In this document: piece after piece, positions 39,462-49,213 of the stretch | How the letters are laid out: each line of letters opens with the position of its first letter | Position numbering within the stretch: the stretch's first letter is position 1 | From: an uncultured Actinomycetota bacterium | GTDB lineage: Bacteria > Actinomycetota > Actinomycetes > JAFAQI01 | Direction: 5' to 3' | Assembly (NCBI GenBank): GCA_963770565.1 | Contig: CAVYQE010000002.1 | Coordinates: 576,001-640,000, forward strand | Length of the DNA stretch: 64,000 bases | Translations under genes and position numbers: made by a program | Notes under the pieces: generated by a model | The model's input: only the letters and a program-made list of their open reading frames with translations | Told to the model about the DNA's origin: nothing | Database searches by the model: none

Positions 39462-40634
39462 TCAGACCAGCCAGCTCGGCGGAAAATCGGGGTCGGTCAT
39501 CGCTACCCGGTCGAGACCGAATGCGCCGATGTCGCTCGTCGTGGTGCCGTCGACCGCGAGGTCGGCGAGGATCCGCCCGAACGTCGGCGTGAACTTGAAC
39601 CCGTGCCCGGCGCCCAGACCGACGATCACCTCCGGATGGTCGGACAGCGCGCCCATGACGAAGTCGCGATCCGGGGTGAGGGTGTAGAGGCAGGTCACGG
39701 TTCGCAGCACCCGCTCGGCGCTGCCGGGAAAGGTCCGGCCCATGAAGTCGGTCAGCTGCCGCAGGTTGGCCGGCTCCGCCTCGAAGTTGCGGGCGGTCGC
39801 GGTCGTGATCGCGCCACCGACGTCCTGGCCGGCCTTGACCTCGGCTGCGCCGTACGTCGGAAACCCGTAGAAGCTCGGCTCGTCCATCCAGATCCACACC
39901 GGGAACCGGCCGGGCGCGAACGCTTCCGCATCGTCGGGCTCGAAGTAGGTGACCTGTTCCTGGGTGACGGTCAGCGGGAGAGCTGCGCCGAGGCCGGCGA
40001 GGACATCGTTTGTCCACGCATCGGCGGTGACGACGACCCGGCTGCAGCGCAACGGCCCTGAGTCGGTCTCGATCTCGACGCCGTCGGGACCGGCCCCGAC
40101 CACCCGGGCCGAGACCCCGGACCGCAACTCGGCTCCGTTCCGGGCCGCGAGCCGCTGCAGCGTGGACACCGTCCGCGCGGCATGCACGATGCCGGTGTCG
40201 GCCTGGTAGATCGCCTGGCCACCCGCCGGCAGGCGCACCCGCGGCCAGCGATCCGTGACCTGTGCCGGGGTGAGCACTTCAAACGGAACGTCGCAGGCAG
40301 CCAGGCTGTCGACGTAGTCGGCCATCGGGATCGCCGGATCCGGCGGGAACAGGTCGATCCCGCCGGTGATCGTGACCAGCGGCTCGCCCGCGGCTGCGGA
40401 CAGCAGGCTCCAGTCGTCGTACGCCTCGCCGGCCAGTTGGACGTAGGCCGGGGTGTGGTAGCTGCGGCGCAGGATTCGCGACGTGTCGTGCGACGCCCCA
40501 CGATGGTGACCGAGTTCGAACTGCTCGAAGCCCACGACTTGCTGCCCTCGGGCGGCGAGCTCGTACGCGGTCGCGCTGCCGAGAGCGCCGAGACCGATCA
40601 CGGCGAAGTCGACGTCGTACTCGGCCGGGCTCAT
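39462..40634 (-). CDS. solA: N-methyl-L-tryptophan / monomeric sarcosine oxidase family
   Basis: GLGALG, GASHDTSRI, TCLYTLTPD (covalent FAD Cys), GHGFKF. Confidence 0.85.
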   Translation of the reverse strand: MSPAEYDVDFAVIGLGALGSATAYELAARGQQVVGFEQFELGHHRGASHDTSRILRRSYHTPAYVQLAGEAYDDWSLLSAAAGEPLVTITGGIDLFPPDPAIPMADYVDSLAACDVPFEVLTPAQVTDRWPRVRLPAGGQAIYQADTGIVHAARTVSTLQRLAARNGAELRSGVSARVVGAGPDGVEIETDSGPLRCSRVVVTADAWTNDVLAGLGAALPLTVTQEQVTYFEPDDAEAFAPGRFPVWIWMDEPSFYGFPTYGAAEVKAGQDVGGAITTATARNFEAEPANLRQLTDFMGRTFPGSAERVLRTVTCLYTLTPDRDFVMGALSDHPEVIVGLGAGHGFKFTPTFGRILADLAVDGTTTSDIGAFGLDRVAMTDPDFPPSWLV

Positions 40635-41752
40635 TCCGCCAGCGCCGCTGGGTCGAGGCGCGAGAGCAACCAGCGCCTGATGTCGAGGCTCTCGTCCTCC
40701 ATTGGAGCGAACCAGCCCTGCACATAGCCGCGAGACGACATGCCGCGCTGCACCGACTCGCACACCGTCCAGTCCTGCCGGTTGACGACGTCCCAGAAGT
40801 CGGCCGCGTCCGACGGGTCGAAGCCGGGTCTGTCGACCTCGTCCGCGGCGAAGAGCAGGTCGCAGTCGATCCGGGTCCGGTCGGTCGCGACCGGGCGCAA
40901 CGTGAAGGCCGCCACATGATCCGCCGACAGCGACAACATGAGGTTCGGATAGACCAACTCGCCCTTGTGACGCACCCGCTCGTCGTCGTCGAGGCCGGGG
41001 AACGGCGCCCGGTCCGACGTACCCGTCGCGGTGAACGTCCAGGCGCCGTCTCGATGCGGGATGCCGTTCTCCCACTCCAGGTTCTGGCCGCCGTGCGCGA
41101 AGGCCGGCACCAGCCGGCACAGTTCAGGATGCACGCCTGCACAGTGGTAGCACTCGTTGTAGTTCTCGCAGATCAGCTTCCAGTTGGCCGCGACGTCGTA
41201 CTGCAAGCGACGACCGAGCTTCAGCTCGGCGAGCGGGTAGCGCGCCAACCGCTGCGCCACCGGGCCGATCTGATCCGCGAGCGGGGTCGCCGAGTCCGGG
41301 GTCAGATGGACGAAGACGAAACCGCCCCAGACGTCGACACCGACCGACCGCAAGCCGAACTCCTCCGGCGCGAAGTCGTCGACGTCCTCGGTGTGTGGCG
41401 CGCGCAGGAGCCGGCCATCGAGGTCGTAGGTCCACGAGTGGTACGGGCAGCGGATCGCCTTGGCCGCACAGGTCGACGGCACCGGGTCGTCGGGGCCGGC
41501 GAGGAACAGCTGCGAGCCGCGGTGCCGGCAGACGTTGTAGTGGCCGACCAATCGTCCCTGCGACGTCCGTACGACGAGCACGCTCTCGCCGAGCACATCG
41601 ATCACGGCGACCCGACCTGGCTGATCGACACCGAGCTCATCGAGACGCCCGACACAGTTCCATTCGCGCGCGAGCACCCGGTCGACCTCGACGCCGTACG
41701 CCGCCGGGTCGACGTAGTGCTCCTTGCTCAGCGCGGGCTGCAGGCTGGCCAT
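40631..41752 (-). CDS. Rieske non-heme iron oxygenase alpha subunit (GbcA/Stc2-like)
   Basis: CRHRG...CPYH Rieske ligands, NWK..ENYNECYHC...HP, QD..CE. Confidence 0.92.
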   Translation of the reverse strand: MASLQPALSKEHYVDPAAYGVEVDRVLAREWNCVGRLDELGVDQPGRVAVIDVLGESVLVVRTSQGRLVGHYNVCRHRGSQLFLAGPDDPVPSTCAAKAIRCPYHSWTYDLDGRLLRAPHTEDVDDFAPEEFGLRSVGVDVWGGFVFVHLTPDSATPLADQIGPVAQRLARYPLAELKLGRRLQYDVAANWKLICENYNECYHCAGVHPELCRLVPAFAHGGQNLEWENGIPHRDGAWTFTATGTSDRAPFPGLDDDERVRHKGELVYPNLMLSLSADHVAAFTLRPVATDRTRIDCDLLFAADEVDRPGFDPSDAADFWDVVNRQDWTVCESVQRGMSSRGYVQGWFAPMEDESLDIRRWLLSRLDPAALAE

Positions 41753-41769
41753 GACTCAGTGTCCCGCGG

Positions 41770-43407
41770 CTACCTGAGGTGCAGCTTCTCGCGGGTGTTC
41801 GCGCGGCGGCGATCCTTGCGGATCTGCCTGACCACGTTGTGGCCCGGGATGCCGGTCACGCCGCCACCGCCATGGGTCGCCGAGCCGGCTTGGTAGAGCC
41901 CGCGCACCGGGGTGCGCAGATCGGCGTAACCGGCGGCCGGCCGGGTGTGGAACAGCTGCGCGGACGACAGCTCGCCGTGGAAGATGTTGCCGCCGATCAG
42001 GTTGTATTCGTGCTCCATCTGGTACGGCCCGATCACCTGCCGATGCAGGATCGAGTCGGTGAAGCCGGGCGCGACCGCTTCCATCCGCGCGACCACCCGG
42101 TCGGCGTGCGCGTCGAGGTCGTCGAGGTGCGGCTCCGCCGACCACTCGTGCGGCACCCACTGCGTGAACATCGACATCACGTGCTTGCCCTCGGGTGCGA
42201 GCGAGTCGTCGAAGACCGACGGGATGCAGATGTCGGCGAACGGCTTGCTGCTCGGCCGGCCCGCGACCGCTTCCTGGTAAGCGTTTTCGACGTCCTCGAG
42301 CGACTCGGCGAGCACGATCGTGCCGCCGTGGATCTGCGGGTCGTAGTCGGGGTGGCTGGCGAAGACCGGCAGCCGGTCGAGGGCCAGGTTGACCTTCACC
42401 GTGCCCGACCGCGACTTCCATCGCTCGATGTCGCTCACGAAGTCGGCCGGCAGCGCCTCGCGGTCGATCAGCCGGAGGAACGAGATCGCCGGGTGCGTGG
42501 TCGTGACCACGATCGGCGCGTCGAGCTCCTCGCCGCCCTCGAGCACGACACCGGTCACCGCGCCGCTTCGGGTGCAGATCTTGGTGACCGGGGCCGACGT
42601 CCGGACCTCGGCGCCGAACGACCGAGCGGCGGCCGCGAGGGCCGTGCTCACGCCGCCCATCCCGCCGCGTGGGAAGCCCCACGCCCCGACCTGGCCGCCG
42701 CCGATGTCACCGATGTGGTGGTGCGCCATGACGTACGCCGTGCCGGCCGAGCGAGGGCCGGCCCAGGTGCCGATCACGCCGCTGACCGACAGCACGCCCT
42801 TGACCGGATCCGAGGTGAAGTAGTCCTCGAGCAGGTCGGCGATGCTCATCGTGAACAGCCGGGTGGCCTCGACCGCGCGCCGGGTGTCGATACCGCGCAC
42901 ATGCTTGAGCAGCTTGAGCTGCTCGAGCAGATCCTGCGGCTTGCGCGACCCGAGCCTCGGCGGGATCTCGTCGAGCAGCGGCGCGAGCACGCTGGCGAGG
43001 TCGTCGAGCCAGGCGTCGTAGCGGCGCATCGCCTCCGCGTCGGACTTCGAGATCTCGGCCACCTTCTCGTACCTGGTCGACCGGTCGTCGGGCAGCTGGA
43101 GGTAGCCGCCCTCGGCGCGAGGCGCGAAATACGGCCCTTGGGGGAACACGTGGTAGCCGTGACGTTCGAGGTTCAGGTCGCTGACCAGCCGCGGTGGCAG
43201 CAGGCTGACGACGTAGGACAGCGAGGTCACATTGAAGTCCGGTCCGAATGGCTGCTCGGTCACGGCGGCGCCGCCGACGACGTGGCGTGCCTCGCAGACC
43301 ACCGTCCGCAGGCCGTCCCGCGCCAGGTATGCCGCCGCGACCAGCCCGTTGTGACCGCCGCCGACGACGATGGCGTCATAGCTGTTGGGACCGGAACGCT
43401 CTGGCAC
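41770..43407 (-). CDS. phytoene dehydrogenase-like FAD oxidoreductase
   Basis: GGGHNGL, VGGAAVTE, GGMG, GGNIFHG, GGGVTGIPG; AGGAGG before GTG 43407. Confidence 0.92.
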   Translation of the reverse strand: MPERSGPNSYDAIVVGGGHNGLVAAAYLARDGLRTVVCEARHVVGGAAVTEQPFGPDFNVTSLSYVVSLLPPRLVSDLNLERHGYHVFPQGPYFAPRAEGGYLQLPDDRSTRYEKVAEISKSDAEAMRRYDAWLDDLASVLAPLLDEIPPRLGSRKPQDLLEQLKLLKHVRGIDTRRAVEATRLFTMSIADLLEDYFTSDPVKGVLSVSGVIGTWAGPRSAGTAYVMAHHHIGDIGGGQVGAWGFPRGGMGGVSTALAAAARSFGAEVRTSAPVTKICTRSGAVTGVVLEGGEELDAPIVVTTTHPAISFLRLIDREALPADFVSDIERWKSRSGTVKVNLALDRLPVFASHPDYDPQIHGGTIVLAESLEDVENAYQEAVAGRPSSKPFADICIPSVFDDSLAPEGKHVMSMFTQWVPHEWSAEPHLDDLDAHADRVVARMEAVAPGFTDSILHRQVIGPYQMEHEYNLIGGNIFHGELSSAQLFHTRPAAGYADLRTPVRGLYQAGSATHGGGGVTGIPGHNVVRQIRKDRRRANTREKLHLR

Positions 43408-43429
43408 GGACAACCTCCTGATCGACGCT

Positions 43430-43453
43430 CTTACTGACTCGCTAGTCAGTAAG
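43430..43453. promoter_or_regulatory. palindromic operator (TetR-like)
   Basis: CTTACTGACT-CGCT-AGTCAGTAAG, perfect 10-bp arms just upstream of the operon RBS. Confidence 0.75.
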
Positions 43454-43610
43454 GATGCCCCGACCGGCCAAAGAAGGAAAGCCGGTCGCCGGACCGGCGC
43501 GCGCGGGTGCGGCCGCGATCGTCCGCGGATGAACGGTCAAGTGTGTCCGGTTTCATGACGATAGTGCCCCTTGATAACCATTCTGGTGACACCGCACGGC
43601 GAGGGGAACG

Positions 43611-44705
43611 ATGTCGGCATCAGCGTGCGCGCTCGGTCACCCGCTCCTCGAATCGCAGCTGCTCTGCCCCGAGTGCGGCCTCGGCCGGCTCCCGTCGGCC
43701 CCCGAACCGCTCGGCACCGCGGCCGCCGACGCGCCCACCCCGGCTCCGGAAGCCGCGCAACCCGCGTCGGCGCCGGAAGCCGCGCCGTACACACCACCCC
43801 CGGCGGCCGCGCCGTACGCGCCACCTCCGGCGGCCATGCAGCTCACGCCACCTTCGGCGGCCACCCGGTACCCACCCCCGTCGGAAGCGGCCCAGTACAC
43901 GCCCGCGCCTGAGCAGCTGCACTACGCGGCAGCCGCCACCGCACCGAGCACGCACTGGGGGCAACCCGCGCTCCCAGCACCGCCGGTGGGCTCGCCGTAC
44001 GGGCATCCCGGCTTCGGCGGACCCGGGTACGCGGGGCCCCCGGTCGGCTACGGCGCTCCGTCGCCTCAGCGTTCGCGGGTGTGGATCGTCGTCGCGGGCG
44101 TCGCCGCCGCCGTCGTGCTAATCGCGGGCGGTGCCGTCTGGTGGACCCACCGCTCGGTCGGGTCCGCGACCGGGAAGGTCCAGGCCGACGGGTCCACCGT
44201 GGTGAACTCGCGCGGGGTCTCGATCACTGCGCCGGCCGGGTGGACGGTCGTGTCGACCACCGCATCAGCACTGGCCAAGGCCGGCGAGTCCGTGGCCCAG
44301 TCGAACCCCCAGCTGGCGGCCGCGATGCAGGGAGTGGCCCACAACAACGACCTGCGATTCTTCGCCTACGGCGCGACGACTCCCGACGGGTTCACGAGCA
44401 ACGCCAACGTGCTGGTCACCAAGACGCCGCTCCCAGTGAGCGCCGCGGCTGCCGCCACGGCCGCCGACCTGGAGAAGGCCGGCGCCAAGCACGTCCACGA
44501 CTCGGGAGTGACCGCCGGTGGCACCGACGCCGTGGAGCTGACGTATCAGCTGCCGCTGCGGCTCACCAACGGCAGCGAGCTCACCATCAACGCCACCCAG
44601 GTCTTCGAGTCCAACGGATCGGAAATCGGCATCCTGACGGTCGGGAGCACTTCGACGGCGGATGGTGGGACCTCGGCCTTGATCAACAGCTTCCGGCTGA
44701 CCTAG
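43611..44705 (+). CDS. membrane protein: zinc-ribbon-like N-terminus, Pro-rich linker, TM and extracellular domain
   Basis: CALGH...CPECG, proline-rich repeats, TM WIVVAGVAAAVVLIAGG. Confidence 0.8.
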   Translation: MSASACALGHPLLESQLLCPECGLGRLPSAPEPLGTAAADAPTPAPEAAQPASAPEAAPYTPPPAAAPYAPPPAAMQLTPPSAATRYPPPSEAAQYTPAPEQLHYAAAATAPSTHWGQPALPAPPVGSPYGHPGFGGPGYAGPPVGYGAPSPQRSRVWIVVAGVAAAVVLIAGGAVWWTHRSVGSATGKVQADGSTVVNSRGVSITAPAGWTVVSTTASALAKAGESVAQSNPQLAAAMQGVAHNNDLRFFAYGATTPDGFTSNANVLVTKTPLPVSAAAAATAADLEKAGAKHVHDSGVTAGGTDAVELTYQLPLRLTNGSELTINATQVFESNGSEIGILTVGSTSTADGGTSALINSFRLT

Positions 44706-44775
44706 CGGTACCAGCAAACGACCGGCGAGCCGCCCGTCATGGCTCCCGGATCGGGCCGGGTACTAGGTTGCCTGG

Positions 44776-46875
44776 ATGAGCGAAGGATCGGAGCCGGCGC
44801 AGCCGCCGGTCGCGAGGCAGGAGCCATCCACCCGCGAACTGCATGGCGTCACGACCACTGATGACTTCGCCTGGATGGGCGCCGACCAGGCCGGACTGCT
44901 CGCCTACCTGCAGGCAGAGCGGCGCTACTACGACGCGATCACGGCTCACAGCGCCCCCCTTCGAGACACCTTGTTCGGCGAGATGTCCCAGCGTGTGCCG
45001 GAGGATGACTCGTCAGTCAGCTCATTGCATGGTGCCTGGTTGTACTACACCCGAACAGTCGAGGCAAAGCAGTATCCACAACTGCTTCGCCACGCTCCCG
45101 GCACCCTGCAGACGGCCGCGGACGTCCTGCTCGATCTCAACGAGCTGGCAGCGGGATCGGACTACCTCGCGGTCGGCGTCCGCGAGGTCAGCCCGGACGG
45201 CACCCTGCTCGCCTACTCCGTCGACACCGACGGCGACGAGGTCTACGAGCTGCGGATCCGCGACCTGACAACGGGCGCGGACCTCGATGACCGGATCCCC
45301 CGCAGCTACTACGGCTGCGCCTGGAGCGCCGACTCGACCGCCGTGCTGTACGTCGTCCACGACCAGGCCTACCGCCCGTTCCAGGTGATGCGGCACCGGA
45401 TCGGGCAGCCGGCGAGGGACGACGTACTCGTGTTCGAGGACCCGGACGAGCGCTTCGACGTGATGCTCCACGCGACCAGGTCGGGGGAGTTCGCGGTCAT
45501 CAGCACCGACAACCGCGACACCTCCGAGATCTGGCTGCTTCGCACCACCGACGTCGACGCCCCTCCCACCGTCGTCGCGACCCGGCGCCCCGGGATCGAA
45601 TACTCGGTCGACCACGTGCCCGGCGCCGACGAGGGCGACCTCTACATCGTGACCAACGACGAGGCAGCCGAGTTCCGGCTGATGCGGGCACCGGTGCACA
45701 CACCGGGCCGGGAGCACTGGGTCGAAGCGCTGGGCGAGAACCCGGCGGAGCGACTCGTGACGGTTGATGCGCTCAGTGGCCACCTGGTGCTGACCCTGCG
45801 CCGCGACGGAATGCAGGTGTTGCGCGTGCTGGACCTGGCGACCGGAGCGGTCCGGGACGAGCCGGCCCAGGTCCCGGCCGGCACGATCACGCTAAGCGCC
45901 AACGACGAGGAGAACGAACCGGTCCGCGACGAATACACCGCCACCGCGGTGACGGCCGTAATCGAGTCACTCATCGAACCGCCGAGCTGGTGGTCGATCG
46001 ACCTGGCGACCGGGAATCGCACGCTGCTGAAGACCCAACCGGTGCCGGGCTACACCAGTTCCGACTATCGCACCGCACGGATCCACGCGGTCGCCGATGA
46101 CGGCGTCGAGGTGCCGGTCACGATTGCCTACCGGGCGGACACGCCGCGGGACGGCACCGCGCCCTGCATGCTCTACGGGTACGGCGCCTATGAGGCCGTG
46201 ATCGACCCGACGTACGACCCGAAGTTCGCCAGCTTGCTCGACCGCGGGCTGGTCTACGGAATCGCGCACATCCGTGGCGGCGGCGAGGGCGGCCGCAACT
46301 GGTGGCAACAAGGCCGGCTGCGCAACAAGCGCACGACCTTCACCGACTTCATCACGGCCGCCGAGATGCTGGCCAAAGAAGGCTGGGTCGACCCGGACCG
46401 GATCGCGACCCGCGGCGCGTCGGCGGGCGGGCTGCTGCAGGGCGCGGTCTACTCGATCGCGCCGAACCGCTGGCGCGCGGTGGTCGCCGAGGTGCCGTTC
46501 GTCGACGTCGTCACCACGATGCTCGACCCGTCGACGCCGCTGACGATCAACGAATGGGACGAGTGGGGAGACCCGCGCAATCCTGAGGACTTCGAATACA
46601 TGCTGTCGTACTCGCCCTACGACAACGTGCCGCTCGGCCCGAGACCCAGCCTGCTGGCGACCGGCAGTTTGCACGACCCGCGGGTGATGATCCGCGAGCC
46701 GGCGAAATGGGTCGCAAAGCTGCGCGCGACGGCGACCGACGACAGCGTCGTACTCTTCCGGCCCGCGCTCGGGAGCGCCTCGCACGGCGGGCCGTCCGGC
46801 CGTTACGACCGGCTGCGCTACCAGGCGGAGGTCCTGGCGTTCGTGCTCGAAGCACTCGAGGCAACCGGAGCCTGA
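44776..46875 (+). CDS. ptrB: oligopeptidase B (S9A)
   Basis: YGYGAY, HIRGGGE, GASAGG, VPFVDV, EWDEWG, DPRV, HGG.SGRY. Confidence 0.92.
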   Translation: MSEGSEPAQPPVARQEPSTRELHGVTTTDDFAWMGADQAGLLAYLQAERRYYDAITAHSAPLRDTLFGEMSQRVPEDDSSVSSLHGAWLYYTRTVEAKQYPQLLRHAPGTLQTAADVLLDLNELAAGSDYLAVGVREVSPDGTLLAYSVDTDGDEVYELRIRDLTTGADLDDRIPRSYYGCAWSADSTAVLYVVHDQAYRPFQVMRHRIGQPARDDVLVFEDPDERFDVMLHATRSGEFAVISTDNRDTSEIWLLRTTDVDAPPTVVATRRPGIEYSVDHVPGADEGDLYIVTNDEAAEFRLMRAPVHTPGREHWVEALGENPAERLVTVDALSGHLVLTLRRDGMQVLRVLDLATGAVRDEPAQVPAGTITLSANDEENEPVRDEYTATAVTAVIESLIEPPSWWSIDLATGNRTLLKTQPVPGYTSSDYRTARIHAVADDGVEVPVTIAYRADTPRDGTAPCMLYGYGAYEAVIDPTYDPKFASLLDRGLVYGIAHIRGGGEGGRNWWQQGRLRNKRTTFTDFITAAEMLAKEGWVDPDRIATRGASAGGLLQGAVYSIAPNRWRAVVAEVPFVDVVTTMLDPSTPLTINEWDEWGDPRNPEDFEYMLSYSPYDNVPLGPRPSLLATGSLHDPRVMIREPAKWVAKLRATATDDSVVLFRPALGSASHGGPSGRYDRLRYQAEVLAFVLEALEATGA

Positions 46876-46901
46876 GGCTCCGGCTCGCTAACGTTTCCGT
46901 C

Positions 46902-47663
46902 GTGGGAGTTCTTGACGAGGTCGACCTGACGCTGCGCCTATCCAGCGAGGAAGAAGCGGCGCGGCTCACCGAAGCGCAACGGCGACTGCTCGAGTTGCGG
47001 TTGATCTGCGGCGGCCTCTACGGCGACGCACACAAGTTGGGCCCGCCGGTCTGCGTCGTCTTCGAAGGCTGGGACGCGGGCGGCAAGGGCGGGTGCATCA
47101 AGCGGCTGGTCGCGCCGCTCGACCCGCGGCATGTGCGAGTCGCCGAGTTCGCGGCTCCGACGTACGACGAGAAGCGGCATCACTTCCTCTGGCGGTTCTG
47201 GCCGGCACTGCCGGGGTGGGGCGGCATGGCGGTCTTCGACCGGTCCTGGTACGGCCGGGTGCTGGTCGAGCGGGTCGAGCACTTCGCGTCGGATCACCAA
47301 TGGCAACGGGCGTACGGCGAGATCAACGAGTTCGAACACACCTTGTGCGAGGAAGGCACGGTGCTCGTCAAGTTCTGGCTGCATCTGTCGGAGGACGAGC
47401 AGCTCAAGCGCTTCGAGTCACGGCAGAACGATCCGCTTCGGCGGTGGAAGCTCACCGACGAGGACTGGCGCAACCGCAAGAAGCGGCACTCCTACGAGAA
47501 GGCGGTGGAGGACATGGTCGCGAAGACCTCAACCGACCGGGCGCCGTGGACCATCGTCGAGGCGGAAAACAAGCGCTGGGCCAGGGTCAAAGTGCTCGAC
47601 ACCGTGGTTGCCGCGATGGAGGCGGGCATGAAGGCTCAGGGGCTGAACGTTCCGCACCACTAG
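46902..47663 (+). CDS. ppk2: polyphosphate kinase 2 family protein
   Basis: FEGWDAGGKG Walker A, FDRSWY, WKLTDEDW. Confidence 0.88.
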   Translation: MGVLDEVDLTLRLSSEEEAARLTEAQRRLLELRLICGGLYGDAHKLGPPVCVVFEGWDAGGKGGCIKRLVAPLDPRHVRVAEFAAPTYDEKRHHFLWRFWPALPGWGGMAVFDRSWYGRVLVERVEHFASDHQWQRAYGEINEFEHTLCEEGTVLVKFWLHLSEDEQLKRFESRQNDPLRRWKLTDEDWRNRKKRHSYEKAVEDMVAKTSTDRAPWTIVEAENKRWARVKVLDTVVAAMEAGMKAQGLNVPHH

Positions 47664-47899
47664 GTCGTGGGCGATGAGTGCAGGTGTCGCGTAGTCGACA
47701 TCAGGAACTCGGCCAGGGCCGCGGCCGGGCGAGTCGGCCTGAGGACGAGATCGCCGGTGCAGTTGGGGCAGCGTCCGCCCAGCTCGGTCTCGACACAGTT
47801 CGCGCAGAACGTGCACTCGAAGGTGCAGATTCGGGCATCCGGCGACCCGTTCGGCAAGTCGCGGTCGCACCACTCGCAGTTCGGCCGGATCTCCAACAT
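47660..47899 (-). CDS. DUF1272 family protein
   Basis: MLEIRPNCE.CD.DL...ICTFECTFC..C...CPNC.G.L..RP.R. Confidence 0.9.
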   Translation of the reverse strand: MLEIRPNCEWCDRDLPNGSPDARICTFECTFCANCVETELGGRCPNCTGDLVLRPTRPAAALAEFLMSTTRHLHSSPTT

Positions 47900-47916
47900 C
47901 GCGCCATCCTCCCCGA

Positions 47917-48300
47917 TCAGCTGTCCGCGATCTCGACGAGGTAGGAGACGAACACCAGCGAGTCGGGCTCGGCCTCCCAGCCGTCCGCCCGGTCCGCATG
48001 CGACAGGACCGCCGTACCGGGAACCGGATAGCGGGTGTTGTCCTGTTGCCCGGTGCGCGGCGCGAACTCGCAGTGCACGGTCTGGATCGCGGTTACCCGG
48101 CCGACGACGGCCGGACCGTCTTCTGGCAGCTCGCCGTGGTGCTCCTCGGCGTGCGTAATCGACTGGGCGAGCTCGTCACCGAGCACCGAGCGGGCAAAGT
48201 CGCGATCGATCTCGCGCAGCATCCAGGCGACCTGGGACCCGACCTCGAACGACTCGCCGCAGCACTGCATCTGCCACGAGTCAACCCACACCGTCGGCAC
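47917..48300 (-). CDS. hypothetical protein (DUF6578-like)
   Basis: VWVDSWQMQCCG.F.VG..V.W, EEHH; GTG 48300. Confidence 0.75.
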   Translation of the reverse strand: MPTVWVDSWQMQCCGESFEVGSQVAWMLREIDRDFARSVLGDELAQSITHAEEHHGELPEDGPAVVGRVTAIQTVHCEFAPRTGQQDNTRYPVPGTAVLSHADRADGWEAEPDSLVFVSYLVEIADS

Positions 48301-48328
48301 CCCGCCATTGTCGACCCAGACGGCTGGA

Positions 48329-48397
48329 CGTTGTTGATCATGGCGAAGAGAGCGCCTGTCGTCGCGATTTCGACGCGCTTTGCCATGATCAACAACG
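48329..48397. repeat. inverted repeat / REP-like hairpin
   Basis: CGTTGTTGATCATGGCGAAG ... CTTTGCCATGATCAACAACG, 20-bp arms with one mismatch. Confidence 0.8.
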
Positions 48398-48407
48398 AAA
48401 TAGCGGG

Positions 48408-49188
48408 TTAGAGCGGCGTGACGTACGCGCCGCTGATGCCGCCGTCGACGAGGAAGGTCGACGCGGTGATGAACGACGAGTCGTCGCTGGCCAGGAAGGT
48501 CACCGCGGCGGCGATCTCCTCCGGCTCGGCGAAGCGACCCATCGGGACGTGCACCAGCCGCCGAGCGGCCCGCTCGGGGTCCTTGGCGAACAGCTCCTTG
48601 CAGCAGCGGCGTGTTGACCGGGCCCGGGCACAGCGCGTTGACCCGGATGCCCTCGCGGGCGAACTGCACGCCCAGCTCCCGGCTCATCGCCAGCACGCCG
48701 CCCTTGCTCGCGGTGTAGGAGATCTGCGACGTCGCCGAGCCCAGCACCGCGACGAACGACGCGGTGTTGATGATCGAGCCGCCGCCGTGCGCGCGCATGT
48801 GCTCGATCGCGTACTTGCAGCACAGGTAGACCGAGGTCAGGTTGACCTCCTGCACCCGGCGCCAGGCGTCGATGCCCGGTGGTCAGGATCGAGTCGTCGT
48901 CGGGCGGCGAGATGCCGGCGTTGTTGAACGCGACGTCGAGCCCGCCGAAGGTCTCGACCGCGGTCGGCGAACAGCGCCGCGCACGTCGTCCTCGGACGTG
49001 ACGTCGACCGCGACGAACAGGCCGCCGACCTCGTCCGCGGCGGCTTGCCCGGCTGCCGGCGTCGACGTCGGCGCAGACGACCTTGGCGCCCTCGGCGGCG
49101 AAGCGGCGGGCGGTCGCCAGGCCGATGCCGCTGCCCGCCCGGTGACGACGGCGACCTTGCCGGCCAGCCGGCCGGACCCTGCTGGCAT
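48408..49188 (-). CDS. SDR / 3-oxoacyl-ACP reductase-like protein (frameshifted, probably sequencing error)
   Basis: [34 protein letters not shown] split across frames. Confidence 0.85.
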
Positions 49189-49213
49189 GTCGTCGCTCCT
49201 TCGCACAGCTGAA

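Noticed and set aside
47917-48855. 312-aa SDR-DUF6578 fusion
   Set aside because: Created by the extra base near 48598; the SDR stops at 48408 and the DUF gene starts at 48300
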